From Bacillota bacterium (GTDB lineage Bacteria > Bacillota > UBA4882 > UBA8346), in NCBI GenBank assembly GCA_023392595.1, contig JAEVYU010000065.1, positions 8,344-72,343 on the forward strand: a stretch of DNA of 64,000 nt, in the 5' to 3' direction. The notes under the pieces are model-generated. The model saw only the letters and a program-made list of their open reading frames with translations, did not search any database and was not told the origin of the DNA. The position numbers and the translations under genes were made by a program. Position 1 is the first letter of the stretch. Each line of letters starts with the position of its first letter. Below are positions 1 to 8,442 of this stretch, one piece after another.

Positions 1-77
1 CCCAAGATCTCTTTTTGCCGCCAGGGGGAAAGCGGATTGCTTCATGATGGGTTCATGGCATAACTGCCATCAATTTC

Positions 78-106
78 TTGACAATCCAGCGGAAGTATTT
101 TAATAT
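78..106 (+). promoter_or_regulatory. Sigma-A-type promoter: TTGACA (78-83), 17-nt spacer, TAATAT (101-106)
   Basis: Near-consensus -35 and -10 hexamers with 17-nt spacing, about 70 nt upstream of the ATG at 179. Confidence 0.6.
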
Positions 107-134
107 ATAGTTATCTAGTTAACTAGTAAACTAT
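107..134. promoter_or_regulatory. 28-bp near-perfect palindrome ATAGTTATCTAGTTAACTAGTAAACTAT, candidate repressor operator over the predicted transcription start
   Basis: 24 of 28 positions are self-complementary, with a perfect 12-bp core CTAGTTAACTAG. It directly abuts the -10 hexamer. Confidence 0.55.
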
Positions 135-178
135 AAATAATCCAAGACGAGTAAAATGACAAGGAGTTGAAATCGACC

Positions 179-883
179 ATGGCCATCACCATTTCCATTG
201 CTGAAATCAAACAGAAAGCCTATGAACTGGGGGCGGATTTGTGCGGCGTCGCTTCGGTCGACCGTTTTAAGGAAGCTCCGGAGGGCTTTCATCCTCAGGA
301 TGTTTTGCCCTCCTGCCAGTCCGTCATCATCCTGGCATCCCGGTTTTTAAAAAGCACCCTGGAAGCCAAATCAACCGTACCCTACACGACGGTGCGAAAT
401 GAATTAATGGCGCAAATGAACCACCGGGCGGTTGCATTATCGGAGTATTTGGAGGATAACGGAGCCGTCGCCCTCCCGATGAATTCCACCGGACCGGACG
501 AGTGGGACGCTAAAACCAATAAATTCAGAGGAATCATTTCCTTAAAACATGCTGCGGTTTTGGCCGGACTTGGCACAATGGGCAAAAACACTCTTCTGGT
601 CAACGAAAAGTACGGCAACATGATCTGGTTAAGCGGGGTCTTCGTCGGGGAAGCATTACCGGCCGACCCTCTGGCATCCTATGAAGGCTGCATTCCAAAC
701 TGCAGATTATGTCTGGATTCCTGCCCGGTAAAAGCCTTGGATGGGATCTCCATCAATCAGCCTTTGTGCAAAAATCACGCTTTCGGAGAACACAATGGCG
801 GCGAATGGCGGATTAAATGCTACATTTGCCGTAAAGTGTGCCCCAACCGCAGCGGAATTAAAAAATTGAAGATAGCGGAATGA
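179..883 (+). CDS. 4Fe-4S cluster protein, QueG/reductive-dehalogenase-like (epoxyqueuosine-reductase-like fold)
   Basis: ORF 167-883. AAGGAG at 161-166 favours the ATG at 179 over the TTG at 167. Two Cys clusters (CIPNCRLCLDSCP and CYICRKVCP); the N-terminus resembles QueG-type proteins. Confidence 0.65.
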   Translation: MAITISIAEIKQKAYELGADLCGVASVDRFKEAPEGFHPQDVLPSCQSVIILASRFLKSTLEAKSTVPYTTVRNELMAQMNHRAVALSEYLEDNGAVALPMNSTGPDEWDAKTNKFRGIISLKHAAVLAGLGTMGKNTLLVNEKYGNMIWLSGVFVGEALPADPLASYEGCIPNCRLCLDSCPVKALDGISINQPLCKNHAFGEHNGGEWRIKCYICRKVCPNRSGIKKLKIAE

Positions 884-895
884 AGGAGAACTACC

Positions 896-1273
896 ATGAC
901 CAGCGAGGGAATTTGTTTTGAAAAAGCCCATTCTTTGGATCTTCGGTCCATATGGTATTTATTGCACGCCAACAGTCAAATGATGAGCGAGGAAAGAATA
1001 TTGGCCGATCTGGACCGGCTTTATATCTTGCATTACAGGCAAAGGATTCTGGGAGTCCTTTGTGGAACTTATGAACAAAGGAAAGTGGTTATCCATTGGG
1101 TGGCCGTTCATCCGCTTTATCCGGAAAAGTCCCTAAGGGAAGCGATGATCCGGGAATTCACGGCTGTAATCTGCCGGGAGCCCGGAATTCCTTCGGCAAA
1201 ATCCCGTTTCCTTGAAAAATGGAGGAAACGGGATCCATCCTTATGGATAAAGGAACTCATTTCATTCAACTGA
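896..1273 (+). CDS. Small (125 aa) degenerate GNAT-fold-like protein, paralog of 2878-3243
   Basis: AAGGAGA lies 6 nt before the ATG. It shares IWxLLHAN, LGxLxG and WVAVHPLYPE with the 2878-3243 product. WVAVHPLYPEKSLREAM resembles GNAT motif A but lacks the R/QxxGxG/A loop. Confidence 0.6.
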   Translation: MTSEGICFEKAHSLDLRSIWYLLHANSQMMSEERILADLDRLYILHYRQRILGVLCGTYEQRKVVIHWVAVHPLYPEKSLREAMIREFTAVICREPGIPSAKSRFLEKWRKRDPSLWIKELISFN

Positions 1274-1282
1274 GGGATTGCG

Positions 1283-2266
1283 ATGGAATTTAAAATCAAT
1301 AAAAGTTCGGAATTTCCTATTTACCAACAATTAAAGGAACAAATCAAATTTTACTTGCTAAGCGGCGCTTTACAGCCGGGGAGCCAGGTCCCCACCCCAA
1401 AAGACCTTGGGTTTTACCTGCAGATAAACCGCAACACGGTAATTGCCGCCTATAAGGAATTGGAACAGGAGGGTTTGCTTATGACCAAGCAAGGGCAGGG
1501 AACCTATATCGCTGATAAATTGCCTCCCGCCAATCTTCAAGATAATCAGAAATTAATCGCCCTGGCCCAGGAAGCGATCGAAGGCGCCAAAGCGCTGGGC
1601 TTCACCACCGAGGATCTTTTTACGGTCATTTTTAATCGAACCATTCTTGGGCTGGAGTCTCCAGACCCGGTTTCCGATAGAAAATCCCCCCGCGCCTTCA
1701 TGGTCGAGTGCAATCAGGCGGATTTGGACCACTACCGAAATACGCTCCAAAAGGAGCTGAAGATCGAGGTTGACGGGTGTTTGCTCCATGAACTCCCGGA
1801 TAAAATCCTCCAGGAAGAAATCAAAAATGCCGACTTTATCGTAACCCACTTTACGCATCTTGAAGATGTCAAAGCCCTGTTGGAGCCCTATCACAAACCG
1901 GTATTCGGGGTTATGGCCGCGCCCTATCTGGAAACATTCTTGAAAATCAAAGCCCTCCCGGCAGGATCCCGGGCCGGCATCGTCTGTATAACCCGGGCCT
2001 ATACGGAAAAAATGAAAAAAGCCATTGCTGATGCGGGTATCGACCATATCACCGTCGAGAACTGCGGCCTCGATGAGATGGATGCTTTCCGGCAAATGCT
2101 CACCCGGGTTGATTATCTCATTAGCTCCCGGGCGGTTTTCGACGATGTCCGAAAAATGCTGCCGGCCAACATCGGCCTGCTGGAATATTCACCTGAACTG
2201 GACAAAGCCGGAATCCAAATGTTGAAAAAGTTTATGATGGATCAGTTAACCGATTCACAACGTTGA
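1283..2266 (+). CDS. GntR-family transcriptional regulator with a ~250-aa unassigned alpha/beta C-terminal domain
   Basis: N-terminal winged HTH (PIYQQLKEQIKFYLLSGALQPGSQVPTPKDLGFYLQINRNTVIAAYKELEQEGLL); GAGGGA RBS. Confidence 0.85.
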   Translation: MEFKINKSSEFPIYQQLKEQIKFYLLSGALQPGSQVPTPKDLGFYLQINRNTVIAAYKELEQEGLLMTKQGQGTYIADKLPPANLQDNQKLIALAQEAIEGAKALGFTTEDLFTVIFNRTILGLESPDPVSDRKSPRAFMVECNQADLDHYRNTLQKELKIEVDGCLLHELPDKILQEEIKNADFIVTHFTHLEDVKALLEPYHKPVFGVMAAPYLETFLKIKALPAGSRAGIVCITRAYTEKMKKAIADAGIDHITVENCGLDEMDAFRQMLTRVDYLISSRAVFDDVRKMLPANIGLLEYSPELDKAGIQMLKKFMMDQLTDSQR

Positions 2267-2856
2267 TTCGGGAATTCATCCGAAATAACTTTTTCAACTT
2301 CAGCAAGCCATTCTTTCCTTTGTTCATAAGTACTTTCCGCAATTACCCGAAAAATTTTTCGCTCAAATTTTTTGATACCGCAAAAATCAAAAATGCAATC
2401 CCGCCAAATCCGCTCCAGAGGATCGCCGAATACTTTCAGTTCTCTATCTTCGGGGGTATTCGAAGTGTTGAAAACGATTGCCTTTGTTGCGATTAACAGG
2501 CCCTCCGGAACACCCCCGCCTTGATCTCCATCTTCAAACTTATAAGCTATACCCATCCGTAAGACTCGATCAACCCAACCTTTCACAATTGCCGGAGGCT
2601 GGCCCCACCAATTGGGATGGATTATGATGATTCCATCAGACTTTTTAATTTCATCACAATATTGTTGTACGACTTCATCGCCGGAAACATCATCAACCAA
2701 TTCCTGACACGCTATAAGCGGATCAAATTTTTCCCCATATAAATCATGATAAAAAACTTGATGGCGGTTTTCTTGAAGTGTTTTTAAAACCCTATCGGCA
2801 ATGGCATGATTAAAACTGTTCACGTATGGATGTCCTAAAATAACCGTTATTTTCAT
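2242..2856 (-). CDS. Flavodoxin-like-fold NAD(P)H dehydrogenase (quinone)
   Basis: MKITVILGHPYVNSFNHAI... and IIIHPNWWGQPPAIVKGWVDRV are typical of the NQO/KefF-type Flavodoxin_2 family. The 3-prime end overlaps the convergent GntR gene by 25 bp. Confidence 0.8.
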   Translation of the reverse strand: MKITVILGHPYVNSFNHAIADRVLKTLQENRHQVFYHDLYGEKFDPLIACQELVDDVSGDEVVQQYCDEIKKSDGIIIIHPNWWGQPPAIVKGWVDRVLRMGIAYKFEDGDQGGGVPEGLLIATKAIVFNTSNTPEDRELKVFGDPLERIWRDCIFDFCGIKKFERKIFRVIAESTYEQRKEWLAEVEKVISDEFPNQRCESVN

Positions 2857-2877
2857 AGTTTCACATGAGTCTCCTTT

Positions 2878-3243
2878 TCAAACATTATGCCTTAGGAATG
2901 ATCGGGACAACAGATAATCTGGAAATCCTCGGGAATCCGGTAACTTTTTTTGATTTCTTCCAGGATTCCTTTGTAAACTCCCAATCAGCATTTGCTTGAG
3001 GGGTTCTTCCGGATATAAGGGATGAACGGCCACCCAAAAAACTTCCTTATGATACGGGTTAAATTCCCCAAACAGGATACCCAGCAACCGCTCCCCTTCC
3101 CCCTCTTCCATCACCAGCAAGTGGTCAATATTCTCCTTTACTTTCTCTTGCCTCCATCCCATACAGTTGGCATGCAGCAAATGCCAAATGCCTTCGATAT
3201 CCTTCGTCCCGGCGCAGCGAATTGTAATCGTTTTAAAATCCAT
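2878..3243 (-). CDS. Small (121 aa) degenerate GNAT-fold-like protein, paralog of 896-1273
   Basis: ORF 2878-3291. GGAGG lies 7 nt before the internal ATG at 3243 (MDFKTITIR...). Shares IWHLLHAN and WVAVHPLYPEE with the 896-1273 product. Confidence 0.6.
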   Translation of the reverse strand: MDFKTITIRCAGTKDIEGIWHLLHANCMGWRQEKVKENIDHLLVMEEGEGERLLGILFGEFNPYHKEVFWVAVHPLYPEEPLKQMLIGSLQRNPGRNQKKLPDSRGFPDYLLSRSFLRHNV

Positions 3244-3358
3244 TCCGGTACCTCCTATCCGTAACCCAATAAGTTTAGTATAATGTATCATAAGAGAAGT
3301 GGCTAAAAAAGAACCACCAAAAGAGAATATTTATAGTACCACTTTTCCGGAGGAAGAC

Positions 3359-4753
3359 ATGTGGTTATCAATCGAAAAGATGAGCGAGGCCTCCCTAACC
3401 AAACAGGTTTACCAACAAATCCGCGCTCAAATCTTACATGGAGAAATGAAATCCGGTGAAAAATTGCCTGCTACCAGAGAATTAGCCAGCCAAATCAACG
3501 TTTCGCGGAATGTGATCATCGAGGCCTATGATTTGCTAATCGCCGAAGGTTTTCTGGAAAGCGCGCCGGGATCCGGTACCTATGTAGCGGAAGGCGCATT
3601 TTTGGAAGAAGGCGAAACCGAAAGCCCCGTGCCGATCCAGGAATTCCAAAATTCCCGGTCCCAAACGGAACAAATCGATTTCCGCTCCGGAATCCCGGAT
3701 TTGCGCCTTTTGCCGAGGAAAAAATGGAGCCAACTGGAGCAAGCCGTTTGTTTGGACTCTCCGGCCGACATTTTTGGATACGACTCTCCGGAAGGACGAA
3801 TGGAGCTTCGCAGCGCCCTATGCCGTTATCTAAAAAAATCCCGCGGGGTCTACGCCGGGCCCGAACAGATTATTATCACTTGTGGGGCTGTCCAGGCCTT
3901 GTCCATTATCACCAGAGCCCTGCTCACTTCCGACAGTTCATACATTATCGAAGATCCCATTCACCGTGAAATCCGGAATTTATTTGAGGTCCATACCGAG
4001 CACATTTTTCCGGTTCCGGTCGATGAGTCGGGCATCAGGACCTCCCTGCTGCCCCAAAACCTGAATCCCTCTCTGATCATGCTGACGCCCTCCCATCAAT
4101 ACCCCCTTGGAGTGGTATTGCCCATCCAAAGAAGAATTGAACTGGTTCAATATGCGCGGGCCAAAGAATGTTATATTGTCGAGGATGATTACGACAGCGA
4201 ATTCCGCTACCAGGGAGCGCCCATCCATTCGCTGCAAGGTTTGGATCCTAACCGGGTCATTTACATCGGTTCCTTCAGTAAAATCCTATTTCCAGCGCTC
4301 CGGCTGGGCTACATGATCCTGCCGCCCGCTTTGATAACCCGTTGCCGGGAGCTAAAACATTTACAGGACAATCACGCGCCGATCTTGGCCCAACTGACCC
4401 TGGCCCGTTTTATCGAGGAGGGGCATTTGGAGCGGCACATCGCCAAAATGAAAAAGGCCTACCGCGCCAAACGCGATTTATTGATCAGCCATTTGAAAAA
4501 AGCTTTCCCGGACGGTTTAAAAATTTCCGGAGAATCAACCGGTCTCCATTTGATTGCCGAATTTGATAGGATTTCCTTTAATGAAGAAATTGTGGCGAAT
4601 ATCAAAAAAACCGGGTTCATCGTCCACCCGGTCAGTGAGCATGCGCTGGAAAAAAAGAGTCATACCCATAAACTAATTTTGGGTTACAGCCAATTGAGCC
4701 ACCCGGAAGTCGTGGCCGGCGTGGCTCAATTGAAAAAAGCGCTTATTCCTTAA
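3359..4753 (+). CDS. MocR/PdxR-type regulator (GntR HTH fused to a PLP aminotransferase-like domain)
   Basis: HTH KLPATRELASQINVSRNVIIEAYDLLIAEGFL. The fold-type-I domain carries the PLP-lysine motif YIGSFSKILFPALRLGY. GGAGG lies 5 nt before the ATG at 3359 (the ORF opens at GTG 3299). Confidence 0.85.
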   Translation: MWLSIEKMSEASLTKQVYQQIRAQILHGEMKSGEKLPATRELASQINVSRNVIIEAYDLLIAEGFLESAPGSGTYVAEGAFLEEGETESPVPIQEFQNSRSQTEQIDFRSGIPDLRLLPRKKWSQLEQAVCLDSPADIFGYDSPEGRMELRSALCRYLKKSRGVYAGPEQIIITCGAVQALSIITRALLTSDSSYIIEDPIHREIRNLFEVHTEHIFPVPVDESGIRTSLLPQNLNPSLIMLTPSHQYPLGVVLPIQRRIELVQYARAKECYIVEDDYDSEFRYQGAPIHSLQGLDPNRVIYIGSFSKILFPALRLGYMILPPALITRCRELKHLQDNHAPILAQLTLARFIEEGHLERHIAKMKKAYRAKRDLLISHLKKAFPDGLKISGESTGLHLIAEFDRISFNEEIVANIKKTGFIVHPVSEHALEKKSHTHKLILGYSQLSHPEVVAGVAQLKKALIP

Positions 4754-6125
4754 TCTCTACCGGTGAAATCACGCTGAGTGAATAGTGCTGAAAATACTTG
4801 GAAGCTACCCTTTGGATATCGGCGGCGCTCACTTCATCAATCAGCTTCGGGTATTCTTCATCAAAGGAATATCCAAGCCCCGACAGTTCATAACTTCCCA
4901 GAAAATAATTCTGCGCCGAATTGGTCTCGTGCTCCATAAGATACCCGCCTTTAAGGGCGATCTTGGCCATATCCAACTCCCGGAGAGACACGGGTTCCGT
5001 TGTCAACCTTGAAAACTCTTTCAGGATCCCGGCCTTCGCCGCTTGATAATTTCCCGGGGCCGTCGCCATGAACGTATACAGGTATGAAGAATAATTGGCC
5101 GCCTCATAACCGGTGCTGACAGTATAGGCCAAACCTTTTTTGTCCCGCAACTCCACAAACAGTCTGGAGCCCATGTCACTGCCCATGATGTAATGAATCA
5201 CCGACATCACCGGATAATCGGGGTCTCCGATTGGAGGCGCAGGAAAACCTAAAATCATAAAGATGGCCTGGGAATTGCGGGAGCCAATCACATGCCGGTT
5301 TTCTGTCCTTGTTTGAGCGGATACCTCTTCCGGTCCCGATTTTTCCCCTTTTCGCCATCCGCCGAGAGTTTTAGCCAAAGTCGCTTCGATTTTCTGGGGC
5401 TCCACATCTCCGACCACACTAATCACCAGATTGGCCGGTTGATAAATTTTCTTATACCAGACAAGAAGATCGTCCCGGGTCATCCCGGCCACATTTCCGG
5501 CGATTTCATCCGGGGTCATCCCCATGGGGGAGTTGCCATAGAAGAGTTTGAGAAAATTTTGATACGCTTCTCCAACCGGTTGATCCGTTGAAGCTTTTAA
5601 CTCCTGGACCATCAACGCTTTCTCTTTGGCGACCTCTTTCTCGGAAAAGTTAGGATTCATCAGGGTATCCAAAAATATCTCAAAACCGGTGTTAAAACCG
5701 GTCAACGTCGTCTTGAGAGAAACCGTCCCCGAATTATAATTGACAATATTACTGCTGATGGAAGCGCCGAGGGATTCGGTTTGGTATACAATATTCTGGG
5801 CGCTGCGGGTCGTCGTTCCCTTGATTAATACTCTTTGCATCAGTTTGGAGATGCCGCGTTCCCGGGTGGATTCGTAGAGAGCCCCCATTCCGGCAAAGGC
5901 ATTGACAACCACTACTTCATTGGCGGTATTCCGTTTGACCAATAAAGTCAACCCGTTTGCGAATACTTTCTTGATGACAGCCGGTTGTTTTTGAGGCTGG
6001 GTCTCCGCTTGCACAGGTTGATAGAATCCGCCGGCTATCGCCAAGCCCAAGATCAAAACGGGCAATCCCAGAGAAACACCAATTCTTTTGTATGGGTTGC
6101 TATTCTTGTCTCGAAAGTGTATCAT
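4743..6125 (-). CDS. M16-family peptidase, non-catalytic partner subunit (no HxxEH), with signal peptide or anchor
   Basis: Insulinase-like length and layout. The position equivalent to HxxEH reads GISKLMQRVL. N-terminal hydrophobic segment GVSLGLPVLILGLAIAGG; GAGGTGA RBS. Confidence 0.75.
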   Translation of the reverse strand: MIHFRDKNSNPYKRIGVSLGLPVLILGLAIAGGFYQPVQAETQPQKQPAVIKKVFANGLTLLVKRNTANEVVVVNAFAGMGALYESTRERGISKLMQRVLIKGTTTRSAQNIVYQTESLGASISSNIVNYNSGTVSLKTTLTGFNTGFEIFLDTLMNPNFSEKEVAKEKALMVQELKASTDQPVGEAYQNFLKLFYGNSPMGMTPDEIAGNVAGMTRDDLLVWYKKIYQPANLVISVVGDVEPQKIEATLAKTLGGWRKGEKSGPEEVSAQTRTENRHVIGSRNSQAIFMILGFPAPPIGDPDYPVMSVIHYIMGSDMGSRLFVELRDKKGLAYTVSTGYEAANYSSYLYTFMATAPGNYQAAKAGILKEFSRLTTEPVSLRELDMAKIALKGGYLMEHETNSAQNYFLGSYELSGLGYSFDEEYPKLIDEVSAADIQRVASKYFQHYSLSVISPVEIKE

Positions 6126-6129
6126 CGGA

Positions 6130-7506
6130 TTATTTCACCTCCAAAGGTCTAACCGTGGCCAAGACATACGCTTGTGGATTGAGATACTTCCTGGCGACCC
6201 GCTGAACATCTTTGGCGGTTACCTTTTGGATCTCTCCTACGGATGCCGCCGCATTGGACGCATCCCCGCCCACCTGGTATTCGCCTAATATCGAGGCGAT
6301 ATCGGCATTGCTTTCCACCGCATAAGCGATTTGGCTCCGGACAATGGCTTTGGCCCGGGACAACTCTTCTCCGCTGACGCCGTTTTTGATGATTTGGAAA
6401 ATCATTTTTTGAACTTCCGATTCCAAAGCCATGGTCGTTCCCTTTTGCATTTGGGCATAGATCGCGAACATTCCGATGTTTTGGTAGGATTGATATCCGG
6501 CCCCAATTTCATTGGCCAGATCTTTCTTCTCCACCAGTTCCTGATGGAACCGGGAGCCCCCTCCGCCGCCGAGGATGACACCGAGAACCGATAAGGCCGC
6601 CTCATCCGGATCATTCATACCCGGACCCGGAAAGCCGAAATAAAGGTAAGTTTGATCCACTTGCATGGTTGCATCGACTCTGGTAATTTTCACGAGCTTG
6701 GGTATTTTAAATTCGAAAGCTTTCTTCCTGGCTTGAGCTTTACCGTTGTTTTGAAAATCTTTAAACAAACTCTTCGCCTGATCGATAATCTGCCGGGTGT
6801 CTACATCTCCGACCACCACCACTACGATATTGCCGGGAATGTAATATTGACGGTAATAATTCATAAAAGTATCATGGTTAATCTTCGCCAGCGTTTCCGC
6901 ATCTCCTAAAACATCATTGGCATACGGAGTTCCTTTAAACACGGCCTGATAGGCCAGGAGTCCCAATTTCCCCCGGGGGTTATCTTCTTTGAGCCGCTTC
7001 TCTTCCAGGATTACCTGGCGTTCTTTCTCTATTTCCTGCGGGTCAAAAGAAGAATTCATAATGGCGTCGGCCTGCACGTCCAAAGCCAATCCTATCTCTT
7101 TGCTGGGAACCACCACGTAGTAATGGGTGGTGTCAAGGGAAGTCTGGGCATTTTGATAGCCCCCGACCCCCTTGATTTCCTGGGCGATTTCCCCCACTTT
7201 CCGCTTGGCGGTTCCCTTAAATAACATGTGTTCGAAAAAATGAGATAATCCCGCGATTTCCGGGGTCTCATTTTTGGCTCCCGTGCCGACCCAAATATCA
7301 ACCGCCGCTATCGGAGCCGAATGAACTTCCTTGACAATTAACGTTAAACCGTTTTCCATTCTTATGCGGGTAAAGGAACCAAGGGGACCATCTGTCCCGG
7401 GCGCCTCTCCCCGGACGGAAGGGAGTATGACCCATCCGAAAAAAGCAACGAACGCTAAAACCAATCCTAAATAATGACTCTTCTTTCTGCCTTCTACCAT
7501 ATTCAT
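6130..7506 (-). CDS. M16-family zinc peptidase, catalytic subunit (HxxEH present), with signal peptide or anchor
   Basis: Inverted zincin motif in SHFFEHMLFKG. N-terminal hydrophobic segment LGLVLAFVAFFGWVIL. The stop lies 4 nt before the start of the partner gene. Confidence 0.85.
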   Translation of the reverse strand: MNMVEGRKKSHYLGLVLAFVAFFGWVILPSVRGEAPGTDGPLGSFTRIRMENGLTLIVKEVHSAPIAAVDIWVGTGAKNETPEIAGLSHFFEHMLFKGTAKRKVGEIAQEIKGVGGYQNAQTSLDTTHYYVVVPSKEIGLALDVQADAIMNSSFDPQEIEKERQVILEEKRLKEDNPRGKLGLLAYQAVFKGTPYANDVLGDAETLAKINHDTFMNYYRQYYIPGNIVVVVVGDVDTRQIIDQAKSLFKDFQNNGKAQARKKAFEFKIPKLVKITRVDATMQVDQTYLYFGFPGPGMNDPDEAALSVLGVILGGGGGSRFHQELVEKKDLANEIGAGYQSYQNIGMFAIYAQMQKGTTMALESEVQKMIFQIIKNGVSGEELSRAKAIVRSQIAYAVESNADIASILGEYQVGGDASNAAASVGEIQKVTAKDVQRVARKYLNPQAYVLATVRPLEVK

Positions 7507-7759
7507 TCCCCCAAAGAATAAGTGCGGACTTGATCAACACCAATAGTTTCCTTTTCAAGGACGCCTATCCTATTGAAGCTGAATTATCCATCCATAAATA
7601 ACGGATTACTTCTTTGTTAATTTCACATTTCTATCAACAAATCCTGTTAAAATATAATGGAAAGACCCTCCTCTGGCGGTAAAGTTTCTTTCCAGGATTA
7701 TTTTTGCCATAAACAGCGTCAATTTTTTAGATAAAAATCTTTCATAAAGGGGACTTACG

Positions 7760-8323
7760 ATGAATATCGGAATTATCAGCGATACCCACGGTTCAGTAAC
7801 AGCCTGGCGGGAAGCTTATCAAAAGTACTTGCAAAAAACCGATTTAATCATTCATTGCGGAGACGTTTTATATCACGGACCCCGCAATCCTTTGCCGGAA
7901 GGTCATGACCCTAAAAGTCTGGCTGTGGAACTGAATTCGCTAACCAAATCCCTGGTCATTGTTCAAGGAAATTGTGATGCCGAGGTCGATCAGATGGTGT
8001 TGGACTACCCCCTGGAATCGCCTTATGCCCATATCTACACCCCGGAATGGAAGATCCTGGCCCATCATGGTCATCATTGGACCCCGGAATCCACACCCGC
8101 CAAAATAAGCAGTTTTTATGACATCATCATCTCCGGACATACCCATGTTCCCGAAATTCGTAAAATTGGACAAACCCTATATCTCAATCCCGGAAGCCCG
8201 GCTCTGCCGAAAAACGAGGAGAAAACTCCCACCATCGCCTTGATGGATCAAACAAAAATTCAAATCATCGATATCCGGAATGGACAAACCGTTGATGAAT
8301 TCCGATTCAGTCAACATTTCTAA
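7760..8323 (+). CDS. YfcE/MJ0936-family metallophosphoesterase
   Basis: Motifs ISDTHGS, CGDVLYHG, GNCD and SGHTH. Confidence 0.85.
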   Translation: MNIGIISDTHGSVTAWREAYQKYLQKTDLIIHCGDVLYHGPRNPLPEGHDPKSLAVELNSLTKSLVIVQGNCDAEVDQMVLDYPLESPYAHIYTPEWKILAHHGHHWTPESTPAKISSFYDIIISGHTHVPEIRKIGQTLYLNPGSPALPKNEEKTPTIALMDQTKIQIIDIRNGQTVDEFRFSQHF

Positions 8324-8343
8324 CTTAACAATTTTCCAATCTC

Positions 8344-8386
8344 CTCCGTGTCTCTGGAGCCCATAAATTAGCCACAGAGACACGGA
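8344..8386. terminator. Hairpin with a perfect 13-bp stem between convergent genes, likely a bidirectional terminator
   Basis: CTCCGTGTCTCTG (8344-8356) pairs with CAGAGACACGGAG (8374-8386). It lies between the stops at 8323 (+) and 8443 (-). Confidence 0.55.
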
Positions 8387-8442
8387 GACACAGAGAAAAA
8401 ATAATAATTATTCTTTATAGCAGAAAAGTTTAATCTCCAAGA

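Noticed and set aside
1-45. Partial minus-strand reading frame starting at 45 (MKQSAFPLAAKRDLG...) running off the left edge
   Set aside because: It is only 15 codons long and has no RBS, so it cannot be called a gene. It is mentioned only as a possible divergent regulator under the operator finding.
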